Shown here in pieces: positions 39,578-49,294 of a stretch of DNA of 64,000 nucleotides. The translations under genes were made by a program, and so were the position numbers. The notes under the pieces are model-generated. The model made no database searches and was not told where the DNA came from. It saw only the letters and a list, made by a program, of their open reading frames with translations. The stretch's first letter is position 1, and every line of letters begins with the position of its first letter. The DNA is from Thermoplasmata archaeon (GTDB lineage Archaea > Thermoplasmatota > Thermoplasmata > Lutacidiplasmatales > UBA184), in NCBI GenBank assembly GCA_050011355.1, contig JBEKJG010000001.1:70875-134874 (forward strand), given 5' to 3'.

Positions 39578-40193
39578 TCGCCGTCCACTGCCCCGCGATC
39601 ACGAAGTAGAGCAACGCCACGTCGATCACGGTGAAGCCGATCCCCGCCGCGTGGAACCGCGACCACGGTTCGCTCGGCGCCCACGGCCAGGGGAGCGACC
39701 AGTCGAATTCGAGGAAGGTGGCGAGGGCCAGCACGACCAGTCGGTCCGCCCGGGTCAGGAGCCCCCGGTAGAGGCGTCCCTGCCCGACCGCCTGGGCCTG
39801 GGTCCCCATGTAGCTCGCGAGCAGGAGGCTCACCAGCGCGAGGAGGGCGAGGACCGGACTCGCGTACCCCGAGACCGCGATCCCGAGCACGATCACGACG
39901 TCGGCGTACCGGTCGACGACGTGGTCGAGGAAGTCGCCCCGCGCCGAGGTCCGACCGGTCGCGCGCGCGACCGCCCCGTCCAGCACGTCGAACAGCCCAC
40001 TGCCGAAGATCAGTAGCGCGACGGGCAGGAAGAGGAGCGGGGTCGTCCATCGGACGAGAGCGGATAGAACCGCTGCCCCGACCGCCAGGCCGAGGGCGAG
40101 CCACGTCAGCCGGTCCGGCCGCCAGCCCAGGAACGGACGCGCGATGCGCGCGACGTACGGGGCGACGCGGGCGCGGTACTCCTCGAGCACCAT
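39531..40193 (-). CDS. CDP-alcohol phosphatidyltransferase family protein (archaeal polar-lipid synthase)
   Basis: The signature DGAVARATGRTSARGDFLDHVVDRYAD fits D-G-x2-A-R-x8-G-x3-D-x3-D. The protein is multi-TM. Confidence 0.85.
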   Translation of the reverse strand: MVLEEYRARVAPYVARIARPFLGWRPDRLTWLALGLAVGAAVLSALVRWTTPLLFLPVALLIFGSGLFDVLDGAVARATGRTSARGDFLDHVVDRYADVVIVLGIAVSGYASPVLALLALVSLLLASYMGTQAQAVGQGRLYRGLLTRADRLVVLALATFLEFDWSLPWPWAPSEPWSRFHAAGIGFTVIDVALLYFVIAGQWTAISRAVRTYRAIPPSA

Positions 40194-40202
40194 CGTCCGT
40201 CC

Positions 40203-40745
40203 CTACGGGGCCCGGTCCAAAAGATAGTCGGTGACCCGGGAGTCGGACAGCCAGTCGATGCGGAGGGGGCGGCCGGGACAGCGCGACCGCTCGAAACGGC
40301 GAACCTCCCGCGCGACCGCGCCCACCGAACGGTGGGTCGTGTCGACCTGGAGGACCCGCCGCCCGGGACCGACGGCCTCCCAGCGGATCACGTCCGTCGC
40401 CTCGGCGGCGACGTTCTCGAGCCGAGCATCGGCGCCTCCGCGCGGGCTTGAACGGAGCCGGCGGTCGAGCTCGAGCGGGTGGCAGCGCAGGACGACCACG
40501 TCCCGGAGGGGAAGGAGGTGGGCCAGGTGGCCGACCACGACGTCGATCCCCGAGAAGGCGTTCCGAGCCCGGGCCCCGCGCTGGAGTCCGCGGAGATCGA
40601 CCTCGACGGTGCCGTGCCGGGTGCGCGCGAGCCCCCAGCGCTCGGCCAGGTCGGCGACCTCGACCGCGCGGAGGGGAGCGAGACCACGGGCGACCGAGCT
40701 CTTGCCCGTCCCCGGCGTGCCGGTCAACGCGATCGGACGAACCAT
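40203..40745 (-). CDS. Fap7/AK6-type nucleoside kinase (putative adenylate kinase)
   Basis: Starts MVRPIALTGTPGTGKSSV (P-loop). About 180 aa. ATG 40743-40745 is chosen over the longer track ORF. Confidence 0.65.
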   Translation of the reverse strand: MVRPIALTGTPGTGKSSVARGLAPLRAVEVADLAERWGLARTRHGTVEVDLRGLQRGARARNAFSGIDVVVGHLAHLLPLRDVVVLRCHPLELDRRLRSSPRGGADARLENVAAEATDVIRWEAVGPGRRVLQVDTTHRSVGAVAREVRRFERSRCPGRPLRIDWLSDSRVTDYLLDRAP

Positions 40746-40773
40746 CGGTCCTTCGCCGGACGGAGCCCCGGTC

Positions 40774-42006
40774 CTAGGCGAACCGGAGGCGAGAGAACTG
40801 CTTTCGCCACGCGAGGACCTCGCGCGCCACCCGCTCGTTCCGCCATCCGGCGCGCACCAGCAGCTCGGCCATCCGGGGCATGTCGGCGGGGGTGAGCCCG
40901 AGGCGGGTGACCTCGGCGGTTCCGATCCGGCCGACGAGGTCGATGAGCAGACGCTGACGCTCGAGACGTCGGGCCAGCGCACCGGCCCCGACGTGCGCGG
41001 TCGCATCCAGCCGGGCCCGGTCGAGGTGGATCTGGTGCGACCGGGTGAACCCGAGCGACTCCGCGACCAGCGGGACCCCGAGGTCGGTCAGCGAGCGGCC
41101 AAGCGCCTGGGCGTTCGCGACCACGGTCCGCGCGTACTCCCCACCGCACCGTTCGAGCTCCAGCAGGGTCTGGCCGAGGCCCGCGATCCGGTTCCAGTGC
41201 GCGTTGTCGAAGATCCTCCAGACGAGGGCCGGGTCGATCTGGGCGAACAGGTCCTCGCGGTCGGTGTAGAGCAGTCCGCCCTGGGGACCCGGGAACGACT
41301 TGTGCGTGCTCCCGTAGACGATGTCGGCCCCCTCGCGGATCGGGTCCTGGAACTCGCCGCCGGCGAGCAACCCGAGGACGTGCGACGCGTCGTAGAGGAC
41401 GAGCGCGTCGATCGCGTGGGCGGCCTCGGAAATCTCGCGCAGCGGGTACGGGAAGAGGAAGAAGCTCTGCCCGAGGACGATCGCGTTCGGCCGTTCGCGC
41501 CGGATCGTTTCGACGGCGCGGTCGGCGTCGACCGAGAACCCGGGCCCATCGGCGGGCAGCGGCCGCACGGTGTAGCCGAACACGCTCGGGATGAACCCGG
41601 GCGCGTAGCCGTCGTACCCCCCCTCCTCCGGGGCGATGGCGAGGAGGCGGGAGTTGGCCGGCAGGAGCGGGACGATCGCGGAGAGCGCGGCGATGTGTCC
41701 GGAGAGCGGGCGCGTCGTGGCGAACCGGGCGCGAAAGACGCGGGCCGCGGCCGCGTTGGCGAGCGCCTCGATCTGGTCCGTGTAGCGCGTCCCGGTGTAG
41801 CTGTTGTCGATCGTCTCGCCGTGGAAGTTCGACTCGATGGGGAGGGTGTAGCGGCCGGCGAGGTCGCTCGAGAGGTACTTGCGCGCCGTGGGGGAGACGG
41901 CGTTCTCCGAGGCCAGGAGGTTGAACACTTCCCGACCGCGCCAGCGGTCGTGGGCGCGAACGAGGCCAGCGAGCCGGGCCTCTTCGTTAGCGGGGGGATC
42001 CGTCAT
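40774..42006 (-). CDS. glyA: serine hydroxymethyltransferase
   Basis: Contains FNLLASENAVSP, YGSTHKSFPGPQGG (PLP lysine) and DASHVLGL. Starts at ATG 42004-42006. Confidence 0.85.
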   Translation of the reverse strand: MTDPPANEEARLAGLVRAHDRWRGREVFNLLASENAVSPTARKYLSSDLAGRYTLPIESNFHGETIDNSYTGTRYTDQIEALANAAAARVFRARFATTRPLSGHIAALSAIVPLLPANSRLLAIAPEEGGYDGYAPGFIPSVFGYTVRPLPADGPGFSVDADRAVETIRRERPNAIVLGQSFFLFPYPLREISEAAHAIDALVLYDASHVLGLLAGGEFQDPIREGADIVYGSTHKSFPGPQGGLLYTDREDLFAQIDPALVWRIFDNAHWNRIAGLGQTLLELERCGGEYARTVVANAQALGRSLTDLGVPLVAESLGFTRSHQIHLDRARLDATAHVGAGALARRLERQRLLIDLVGRIGTAEVTRLGLTPADMPRMAELLVRAGWRNERVAREVLAWRKQFSRLRFA

Positions 42007-42580
42007 TCCGCCCCGAGGCACCGGGACCGCCGGCCTGGGCGAGCTTCCGGCGCTCGGTGTGCCCGCAACGCGGGCAGACGAGCTCCTTCGGGCCGATGCG
42101 GAGGAGGGCGTGGCAGACCTGGCAGCGGGCGGCGACGACCCCGAGGGGGGCCGGCGCGGTCGTGAGCTTGACGGACGGGTGGGCCTGGAGTACGCGGGCG
42201 ACGATGATGTCCCCGACCGCGAACTCCCCCGAGAGGCTCTCGGTGTACCCTTCCTTGGCCTTGGAGATGTGGACGGTCCCCTCCGGAGCGCCCGGCACCG
42301 TGCGTGTGCTATTGGCGGTCGAGAGGATCGTGCAGATCGCCATCGCGGTCTTGAGCTCGTCCACGCGCGCGTAGACGAGGTCGTCCTCCTGGATCTCCGG
42401 GATGCCGTTCCGGGCCTCGACCCGGATGGAACGGTCCCGCGGGTCGACGTGGGGGGTGCCGAGCAGCGACGCGTAGATCCGTCCGCGGTTCTCGTAGGTG
42501 CCGCGTCCGGGCAGGAACTCCTCCGCGGCGCCGAGGTAATCTCCGGGCAGGACGAGCTTGGGCAGTTCGGGGTCACTCAT
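41987..42580 (-). CDS. csl4: exosome complex RNA-binding protein Csl4
   Basis: LPGDYLGAAEEFLPGRGTY, an S1-like core and a C-terminal Zn ribbon (CQVC...CPRCG). Paired with a METTL5-like gene, as is usual in archaea. Confidence 0.8.
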   Translation of the reverse strand: MSDPELPKLVLPGDYLGAAEEFLPGRGTYENRGRIYASLLGTPHVDPRDRSIRVEARNGIPEIQEDDLVYARVDELKTAMAICTILSTANSTRTVPGAPEGTVHISKAKEGYTESLSGEFAVGDIIVARVLQAHPSVKLTTAPAPLGVVAARCQVCHALLRIGPKELVCPRCGHTERRKLAQAGGPGASGRNDGSPR

Positions 42581-43188
42581 GGTTGTACACCGGTCGCGAT
42601 CGCCCACAGGTCGACCGAGATCGGCACCCGGGAGTGGGTGTGGTGCGGAAGCGTCCGCGCCAGGGTCCACGGTACCGGCTGCGTCTCGATGATACGGGCT
42701 CCTCGCGCGACCGCCCGGCGTGCTATAAAGGTTCGGGACTCGGCGAGGGCGAAGGCGAACAGGGAACGCCGCGCAGCCCGCAGCCCCGCGTCCCAGAACG
42801 GACGGTCGGCATGACGCCGCTGGGCCCCGAACGGCGGGTTCATCACGACGACCTCGGCCGCTCCCTCCCAGGTCGCCACATCGGATTCCACGAACTCGAC
42901 CTCCACACCGGCCGAGCGGGCCGCCTCGCGTGCCACGGCCAGCGCGGCGGGGTCGATGTCGACCCCTACGACGGGAGCCGCCCCCAGGAGGGCGGCCCCG
43001 ATCGCCAGTCGACCGGTGCCGCACCCCAGGTCGGTGACCCCCGTTCCCTCGAGGCCGACGATCCGGGTCGCCGCGTCGAGGAGCGCGGCGGCGGCCTCGG
43101 CCGGAGTGACGAGCTGCTCGAGCTCGGGACGAGGCGCGGAGAAGGGCGGCACCGCCTCGATGCGGTGGACGAGCTCGGATCGACGCAC
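42577..43188 (-). CDS. METTL5-like RNA N6-adenine methyltransferase (COG2263)
   Basis: Contains LEQLVTPA, DLGCGTGRLAIGA and the catalytic NPPFG. GTG 43186-43188 is preferred. The track TTG start at 43248 abuts the tRNA. Confidence 0.75.
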   Translation of the reverse strand: MRRSELVHRIEAVPPFSAPRPELEQLVTPAEAAAALLDAATRIVGLEGTGVTDLGCGTGRLAIGAALLGAAPVVGVDIDPAALAVAREAARSAGVEVEFVESDVATWEGAAEVVVMNPPFGAQRRHADRPFWDAGLRAARRSLFAFALAESRTFIARRAVARGARIIETQPVPWTLARTLPHHTHSRVPISVDLWAIATGVQP

Positions 43189-43248
43189 GGCACGGTCAGG
43201 CTCCGGCGCGGAAAGCACCGCGCGTCCGGGGGCGCTGGGGAGCGGCAA

Positions 43249-43354
43249 TGCGGGGAGCCGGATTTGAACCGGCGAACGCCTTACGCGACAGGATCTCTTC
43301 GCCGGCGAACCGGCCTTTAAGTCCTGCGCCGTTTCCGGGCTTGGCTATCCCCGC
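43249..43354 (-). tRNA. tRNA-Leu(UAA) with a canonical 21-nt intron (43295-43315) after position 37
   Basis: Acceptor GCGGGGA/UCCCCGC, anticodon arm CAGGA-CUUAAA[intron]A-UCCUG, long variable arm, T-arm GCCGG-UUCAAAU-CCGGC, discriminator A. The intron folds as GCCGG-UUCG-CCGGC within a BHB-like motif. Confidence 0.88.
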
Positions 43355-43358
43355 GGGG

Positions 43359-43661
43359 CTAGCGGACGGCCGGAACGGCGGTCGCCTCTTCGGCCTTCGC
43401 CGGGCGCGCGGCGGCCTTCTTGACCGAGACGCGCCGGGGGAAGTACTTCAGGAGCACGACGTCGTTGACGGCCACGACCCAGCGGTACGGAACGCTGGTG
43501 GGGCGGGAATCCTCGACTAACATCGGGCTGGTCTCGTCCACGTAGAGGCCGTCGATCTTTGCGGCTTCCACGTCCACGATCACGTTGTCGACCTCGCCCA
43601 GAAGGCGCCCATCGGGCGTGTAGATCTGGCGGCCCATCAGTTCGGTCATCTCGACGAGCAT
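43359..43661 (-). CDS. PRC-barrel domain protein
   Basis: MLVEMTELMGRQIYTPDGRLLGEVDNVIVDVEAAKIDGLYV is the PRC-barrel pattern. It ends in a basic tail. Confidence 0.7.
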   Translation of the reverse strand: MLVEMTELMGRQIYTPDGRLLGEVDNVIVDVEAAKIDGLYVDETSPMLVEDSRPTSVPYRWVVAVNDVVLLKYFPRRVSVKKAAARPAKAEEATAVPAVR

Positions 43662-43759
43662 GGACAGTTCCTGTAGTGCGCCGACGCAGCCGTCCCTTCT
43701 TATGTCTTTGGGCGGAGCCGCACCCCCTCCGCCCTCGGCCGCCCGGGGCCCCGGCCCGC

Positions 43760-44986
43760 TCAGGCGAGCATCGTCTCGCCCAGCCGGACCCGCGGGTCGA
43801 GGTAGGCGACGATCACGTCCGCGAGCACGTTCGCGATGACGACCATGAAGATCAGGATCAATGTCGCCCCCGTGAGGACGGCGAAATCGATCGGCGTCTG
43901 CGCCGAGAGCGCGACCATGAGCCCGACCCCGTTGAGGTTGAACAACGATTCGGCCACCGGAAGCCACCCGAAGAACGTCGCGAAGGAAACGGCGAGGACC
44001 GTGACGGTGAGGGTCATCGAGTTCTTCCCGACATGGCGGTTCACGACCACCCGCTCCCGGACCCCCTCGGCGCGGGCCGTGCGGACGTAATCGAGGTTCA
44101 TCACCTCGAGCGAACTGTTGCGGACGTAGCGCAGGATCAGGCCGAGGTGGGCGAAGGCGATCACGAGCGCCGGCAGGATGAGCCGCGCCAGCGAGTCGAT
44201 GCCCAGCCAGGGGGCCCCGTTCACGAACGCGTCCACGGTCGGGAACCCCGTGGGGTGGCTGATGAACCCCCCGGTCAGCCAGCTCGGCGCCTGGTCGCCG
44301 GCAAAGCAGAGCGTGTTCGGCCAGGAGCCGGTCACCTCATCCCAGGTATCCTCACCGAGGGGACACCAGGGGCTGTGCGCGAAGAACCCGCTCGCGGTGC
44401 CGATCGCGATCACGGCGAGCGTGATCAGGAGCGAGCCGAGGAGATAGGTCGGGACCGCGAACCCCGTGAACGAGAGCGCGCGCGCCGCGTGGTCGGCCGG
44501 CTGGTTCCGTCGGGCGGCGGCGATCCGCCCGACGGGGATCGCGATCGCGAGGAGGATGATCATCGCCAGCGCGACGAGCTCGAGGGTGTAGGGGAGGAAC
44601 CAGGAGAGGACGAGCGTGACCGGCTCGCCGCCGGTGCCGGGGTAGGTGCCGGCCACCGAGCTGTAGTTGCTGACGTACCCCCAATGGAAGGTGAAGACGT
44701 TCACCATGTACCGAGCCCACTGGTCGGGGATCGGCAGGCCGAAGCCGGATCGGTTGAGGTACCGGTAGTAGGTGGGGTTGTAGCACTGCTGGGCGCCGTG
44801 GGGCGGCGGGCAGGGCTGCGTCGGCTTGTAGATCCAGGGGTCGTGCGGGTTCGGGCTCCCATACTCCGCCGTCAGTCGCACCGCGATCGGGAGGGAGCTC
44901 ACCAGGACGAACGTGACCGAGGCGACTCCGATCACGACCGGGAGCAGCAGGAGGATGCGTCGAAGGATGTAGACCCAGAGACGCAT
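43760..44986 (-). CDS. orphan ABC transporter permease (OppB/DppB family), paralog of 52407..53636
   Basis: MRLWVYILRRILLLLPVVIG..., DYVRTARAEGV (EAA loop region) and C-terminal AYLDPRVRLG. Starts at ATG 44984-44986. G/C-ending codons are very frequent. Confidence 0.85.
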   Translation of the reverse strand: MRLWVYILRRILLLLPVVIGVASVTFVLVSSLPIAVRLTAEYGSPNPHDPWIYKPTQPCPPPHGAQQCYNPTYYRYLNRSGFGLPIPDQWARYMVNVFTFHWGYVSNYSSVAGTYPGTGGEPVTLVLSWFLPYTLELVALAMIILLAIAIPVGRIAAARRNQPADHAARALSFTGFAVPTYLLGSLLITLAVIAIGTASGFFAHSPWCPLGEDTWDEVTGSWPNTLCFAGDQAPSWLTGGFISHPTGFPTVDAFVNGAPWLGIDSLARLILPALVIAFAHLGLILRYVRNSSLEVMNLDYVRTARAEGVRERVVVNRHVGKNSMTLTVTVLAVSFATFFGWLPVAESLFNLNGVGLMVALSAQTPIDFAVLTGATLILIFMVVIANVLADVIVAYLDPRVRLGETMLA

Positions 44987-45072
44987 CCGCGGGTCCCTCC
45001 CGCCCGTCGTGAGGCCGGCCCGTCTTGAACCTTCCGGTCGGACCCATCGGTCGGGGTCCCGGCCCCGAGGGC

Positions 45073-46872
45073 CTAGGTCTCGCCCGGGGGAGGGCCCTCG
45101 GCGGACTCGGTGGTCGCCTGGCGGACCTGCGATCGGTACATGTGGAGCAACTCGGTCGCGGTCGTCGCGTCCGTCGCCGACTTCTCCTCCCGGATCCGGC
45201 CCGTGAAGCGCGGGAACCGCAGGGCGAAGCCGAGCCCGGCGCGGACCGCCCCGACCGCCGCCCGGTGGACCGGGCTGAGCGTCAGTTCCGCTCCCCGGAC
45301 CTCCAGGACCACCCCGGGCCGGAACCACTGGTCGGGGACGATCCCCGAATCGACCTCGGCCGGTCGCTCCGGAACCGCGAGCCCGCGAAGGCGGCGCGGC
45401 ATCTCGGCGAGCGCGGCGTCATCAAAGCCGGAGCCGACCTTGCAGAACGACTCGAACCGGTCCCGCTTCGGGTCGTAGACCGCGAGCAGGTAGGCCCCGA
45501 AGTGGCCCGCGCGCCGCCCGCGGCCGTGGAACCCGCCGACGATCACACCGTCGACCGAGTCGGTGAGTCCGACCGTGTAGTCGCGCTTGTACTTTATCCA
45601 CCAGAATCCCCGCGCCCCCGCGTGGTAGGCGCTGCCGGGAGCGACCGACTTGGCCATCAGGCCCTCTCCGCCGGCGGCGATCGCCTCCTCCAGGAAGGTG
45701 GTCGCGTCCTCGACCGACGTGACGACCCGCTGGCTCGCGAGCCGGACCCGCTCCGTGGGGTGAAGGATCGAGCCGAGCAGTGCGCGGCGCTCGGGGAAAT
45801 CGCGCTCCCACACGGGGGTCCCCCCGGCGAGGAGCACGTCGAACAGGAAGAGGCAGACCGGGATCTCACTCTGCGCCTTCTCGAGGTCGTGCTTGCGGCC
45901 CCGACGCCGCGAGACCTCCTGGAACGGCTGGATCTCGTCGGTCTCCGGATCGATCGGCACGCACTCGCCCTCGACGATCGCGGGCAGCGAGGCGATCGCC
46001 TTCGGGAGGTCTCCGACCAGCTCGGGGAACTGGGCGCTCGTCTCCTCCAGGCGCCGCGAGAACAACCGCACCGTCCCGTCTCGCGCGACGTGGGCCTGCA
46101 CGCGGAGGCCGTCGTACTTGACCTCGACCGCGGCGGTGCCCTTCATCCGCTCGAGCACCTCTGCGAGGCTCGGCTCGCGTTCGGCGAGCATCGGTCGCAC
46201 CGGTCGGCCGACCTCCAGCCCGATGCGGTCCAGGGCCGCGAGTCCGCCGTCCACGAGGGCGTCCGCGAGGAGCCCGAGGTCGCTGCACAGGTTGAACGCC
46301 GCCTCGATGCGGGCCCGGGCGGCCTTCGAGCCGTCCGCGTACACCTCGGTGAGCGCGTCCAGGATCGTCATCTCCCGCACTCCGACCCGGAGCGTCCCGA
46401 GGACGAACCGGACGAGGAACTTCGCCTCGACCGGGGCGGCGCGTCCGAGCAGCGCGGTCAGGTTGCGCACCTTGACCTCCTGGGACCCCGCACCCTTGGC
46501 GGCCGCGATCTCACCGAGCTCCCGGTAGACCTCGGCCACGGTCAGGCGGTCCTCCGTGGGGAGGCGGGAGCGCTCCTCCAGCAGGCGGGCGACCGTCAGA
46601 CCGAGGTCCCCGACCTCCTTCGTTCGGCGGGCCACCTCCGCTTCCGGAGTGTGGGTCGCGAGGCCGACGGCCTTGCGGGCGAGTGAGTCGGCCACCCCGA
46701 GCTCGACCCCCTCGTACTCGGGGCGCAGGAGTCCCTGGGAGAGGTAGAGCACGCGGCCGAGCTCGGGGGGCCGGAGCGGCCGGAGGAGGTCGACGAGGAG
46801 CGCCCGCATCTCGAGGCGTTTCTTGGTCGCCTCGAGCTTCTCGTACGCCGCGGCGAGCTCAGCGAACTGCAT
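45073..46872 (-). CDS. lig: ATP-dependent DNA ligase
   Basis: Contains the adenylation motif EVKYDGLRVQ, GEGLMAKS and WWIKYKRDY, followed by an OB-fold C-terminus. Confidence 0.93.
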   Translation of the reverse strand: MQFAELAAAYEKLEATKKRLEMRALLVDLLRPLRPPELGRVLYLSQGLLRPEYEGVELGVADSLARKAVGLATHTPEAEVARRTKEVGDLGLTVARLLEERSRLPTEDRLTVAEVYRELGEIAAAKGAGSQEVKVRNLTALLGRAAPVEAKFLVRFVLGTLRVGVREMTILDALTEVYADGSKAARARIEAAFNLCSDLGLLADALVDGGLAALDRIGLEVGRPVRPMLAEREPSLAEVLERMKGTAAVEVKYDGLRVQAHVARDGTVRLFSRRLEETSAQFPELVGDLPKAIASLPAIVEGECVPIDPETDEIQPFQEVSRRRGRKHDLEKAQSEIPVCLFLFDVLLAGGTPVWERDFPERRALLGSILHPTERVRLASQRVVTSVEDATTFLEEAIAAGGEGLMAKSVAPGSAYHAGARGFWWIKYKRDYTVGLTDSVDGVIVGGFHGRGRRAGHFGAYLLAVYDPKRDRFESFCKVGSGFDDAALAEMPRRLRGLAVPERPAEVDSGIVPDQWFRPGVVLEVRGAELTLSPVHRAAVGAVRAGLGFALRFPRFTGRIREEKSATDATTATELLHMYRSQVRQATTESAEGPPPGET

Positions 46873-47554
46873 CCCGGGCCCCCTCCTCGACCGACGAGCG
46901 AAGCCGTCGGAGGTTCTCGGCGACCGGACCGCCGGAGAACACCGAGTTCCCGCAGACGAAGAACGTCGCCCCGGCCGCGGCCGCTCGCCCCGCGGTCTCG
47001 GCCGTGATCCCTCCGTCGATCGAGACGTCGGCGGACGACCCGATCGCGTCCAGCCGGCGGCGGGCCGCCCCGACCTTCGGGAGGACGTCGGGGATGAACT
47101 TCTGGCCGGAGAACCCGGGATGGACGCTCATCACGAGCAGCTGCTCGACCCGGTCGGCGAACGGCTCGACCGCGGAGAACGGGGTGTCCGGGCGGATCGC
47201 GATCCCGACCCCGGCGCCCAGCCGGTGCATCTCGCGGACCGTCGCTTCGGGGTCCGAGTTCGATTCGATGTGGAAGACGAGCGTGTCCCCGCCCGCCGTG
47301 CGGAACGCGCCGGCGTACCGGAGCGGGTCCTCGATCATGAGATGGACGTCGAGCGGGAGCCGGGTGCGGGCCCGGACCGCGGCGACGAGCGCGGGGCCGA
47401 AGGAGATGTTCGGGACGAAGTGGCCGTCCATCACATCGAGGTGGAGCGCATCGGCCCCCCCGGCCTCGGCGGCCCGGACCGCCTCGCCCAGCGCCCCGAA
47501 ATCCGCGCTCAGGAGCGACGGGGCGAGACGGAGTCGACGCTCGACCGGGGGCAC
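46859..47554 (-). CDS. rpe: ribulose-phosphate 3-epimerase
   Basis: Contains PSLLSADFGALGE, HLDVMDGHFVPNISFG and VMSVHPGFSGQKF. GTG start. Confidence 0.9.
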   Translation of the reverse strand: MPPVERRLRLAPSLLSADFGALGEAVRAAEAGGADALHLDVMDGHFVPNISFGPALVAAVRARTRLPLDVHLMIEDPLRYAGAFRTAGGDTLVFHIESNSDPEATVREMHRLGAGVGIAIRPDTPFSAVEPFADRVEQLLVMSVHPGFSGQKFIPDVLPKVGAARRRLDAIGSSADVSIDGGITAETAGRAAAAGATFFVCGNSVFSGGPVAENLRRLRSSVEEGARDAVR

Positions 47555-47602
47555 GGGGCCGTGCAGGTCGGTGGCCTATTTAGGCCACCGCGACCGGTGC
47601 GC

Positions 47603-48058
47603 TCAGAGGAATTCCTGCGGGTTGGGTCCCTGGGGCCCGAGGGCGGCCCGGCCCCGGGTGCGTACGACCACGCCCTCCGGCGTCCACCGGCCGAACTCGA
47701 CCGGGTGCATCCAATCCCGCCGGAAGTCCCCTCGAATGGGCCGGTCGATGGGCGGGCGGTACCACAGGAACCGGTAGAGGAGCAGTTCGAGGTAGGTCGC
47801 CGGGACGAGGAGGGCAACCCCCACCAGGACCAGGCCGGACTCGAACCCCCCAGCGACCAGCCAGGTGTCGATGATGAGGAACCCCAGCCCGACGTACCAC
47901 TTTGCGCCGTCGTGGAAGAACCACTCCCCCCACGACGACCCCGGGTCCTGGAGCGCCCGGCGCTTCTCCTCCTCTACCTGTTCGAGCCGCTCCCGGAAAT
48001 CGAGCTCCTCCTCGGGGGTCGGCTCCACTTCCTTGCCAGGAGCAGAGAAGCTGGCCAT
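47603..48058 (-). CDS. hypothetical small membrane protein (acidic N-terminus, 2 TM)
   Basis: Starts at ATG 48056-48058. MASFSAPGKEVEPTPEEELDFRERLEQVEEEKRR is followed by two hydrophobic spans. It lies 14 nt after oppF. Confidence 0.5.
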   Translation of the reverse strand: MASFSAPGKEVEPTPEEELDFRERLEQVEEEKRRALQDPGSSWGEWFFHDGAKWYVGLGFLIIDTWLVAGGFESGLVLVGVALLVPATYLELLLYRFLWYRPPIDRPIRGDFRRDWMHPVEFGRWTPEGVVVRTRGRAALGPQGPNPQEFL

Positions 48059-48072
48059 GATGCCTCGGGGTC

Positions 48073-49278
48073 CTATGTCGCGGTACCGGATAGGGGAGTG
48101 TCGGCCAGCGGCGCGGGCATGCTCGCGGTCGACTCCGACGGGGCCGCGGCCTCGATCCCCTGGGGGTATAGGTGGCAGGCGACCCAGTGCCGGGGACGCA
48201 CCTCGAGCATGGGGGGGTCGACCTGGGAACAGATCGGCATCACCGCGGGGCAGCGGGTGTGGAACCGGCATCCCGACGGCGGCGCGGCCGGGCTCGGGAC
48301 ATCTCCCTGGAGAACGACCCGCTCGCGCTTCAACTCCGGGTCGGGGATCGGGATGGCGGAGAGGAGGGCTTGGGTGTACGGGTGGAGCGGCTGGGTGAAC
48401 AGCGGGTCGGTGTCCGCCATCTCGACGACGACGCCGAGGTACATCACCACCACGCGGTGGGCCATCGCGCGGACGACCGACAGGTGGTGGGAGATGAACA
48501 GGTACGCCAGCCGCTGGTCGACCTGCAGCTTCTTCAGGATGTTCAGGACCTGGGCCTGGACCGACACGTCCAGCGCGCTGGTCGGCTCGTCCAGGACGAT
48601 GAACTCCGGGCGGAGCGCGAGGGCCCGGGCGATACCGATCCGCTGGCGCTGGCCGCCGGAGAACTCGTGCGGGAACCGCCACTCGTGCTCGGGGTTCAGA
48701 CCGACATCCCTGAGCAGTTGGGTGACCCGCGCGGCCCGTTGGGCCCGCGTGCCAGCGTGGTGGACCTCGAGGGGTTCGGACAGGATGTCCTTCACCAGCA
48801 TCCGGGGGCTCAGCGAGCTGAACGGGTCCTGGAATACGATCTGCAGTTTGCCGCGGAGCTTCCGCATCGCCCGGGGCGACTTGCGATAGAGGGAGTACTT
48901 GGCCGCGAGCTGGTCGAGCTCGGTGACGACCTGCGGACGGACGGGCGGGCTCGACCCCCCGTTGTTGGCACCGGTGGTCGCCGGAAGTTGGCGGTAGAGT
49001 TCGTCCAGGCGGTCCTCAACATCCTCGGGGGGGCGGTAGTAGGCGTGGCCCGAGGTCGGTTCGATGAGCCGGAGGAGCATGCGGCCGACGGTCGTCTTCC
49101 CGCAACCGGATTCGCCGACGAGCCCGACGGTCTCCCCTTCCCGGATATCAAAGCTGACGCCGTCGACGGCGCGCACGTCGCCCACTCGGGTGCCGAAGAA
49201 TCCTCCGCGGATCGGAAAGTACTTGCGGAGGTTCCGGACCGAGAGAACTACCGGCGCATCCATTCCGTTCGTGCTCAC
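48073..49278 (-). CDS. oppF: oligopeptide/dipeptide ABC transporter ATP-binding protein (OppF/DppF-like)
   Basis: Contains Walker A GESGCGKT, the signature [15 protein letters not shown], Walker [13 protein letters not shown] and the C-terminal oligopeptide-type CRFHTRCP motif. Confidence 0.9.
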   Translation of the reverse strand: MSTNGMDAPVVLSVRNLRKYFPIRGGFFGTRVGDVRAVDGVSFDIREGETVGLVGESGCGKTTVGRMLLRLIEPTSGHAYYRPPEDVEDRLDELYRQLPATTGANNGGSSPPVRPQVVTELDQLAAKYSLYRKSPRAMRKLRGKLQIVFQDPFSSLSPRMLVKDILSEPLEVHHAGTRAQRAARVTQLLRDVGLNPEHEWRFPHEFSGGQRQRIGIARALALRPEFIVLDEPTSALDVSVQAQVLNILKKLQVDQRLAYLFISHHLSVVRAMAHRVVVMYLGVVVEMADTDPLFTQPLHPYTQALLSAIPIPDPELKRERVVLQGDVPSPAAPPSGCRFHTRCPAVMPICSQVDPPMLEVRPRHWVACHLYPQGIEAAAPSESTASMPAPLADTPLSGTAT

Positions 49279-49294
49279 GTCATCCCTCCCGTGC

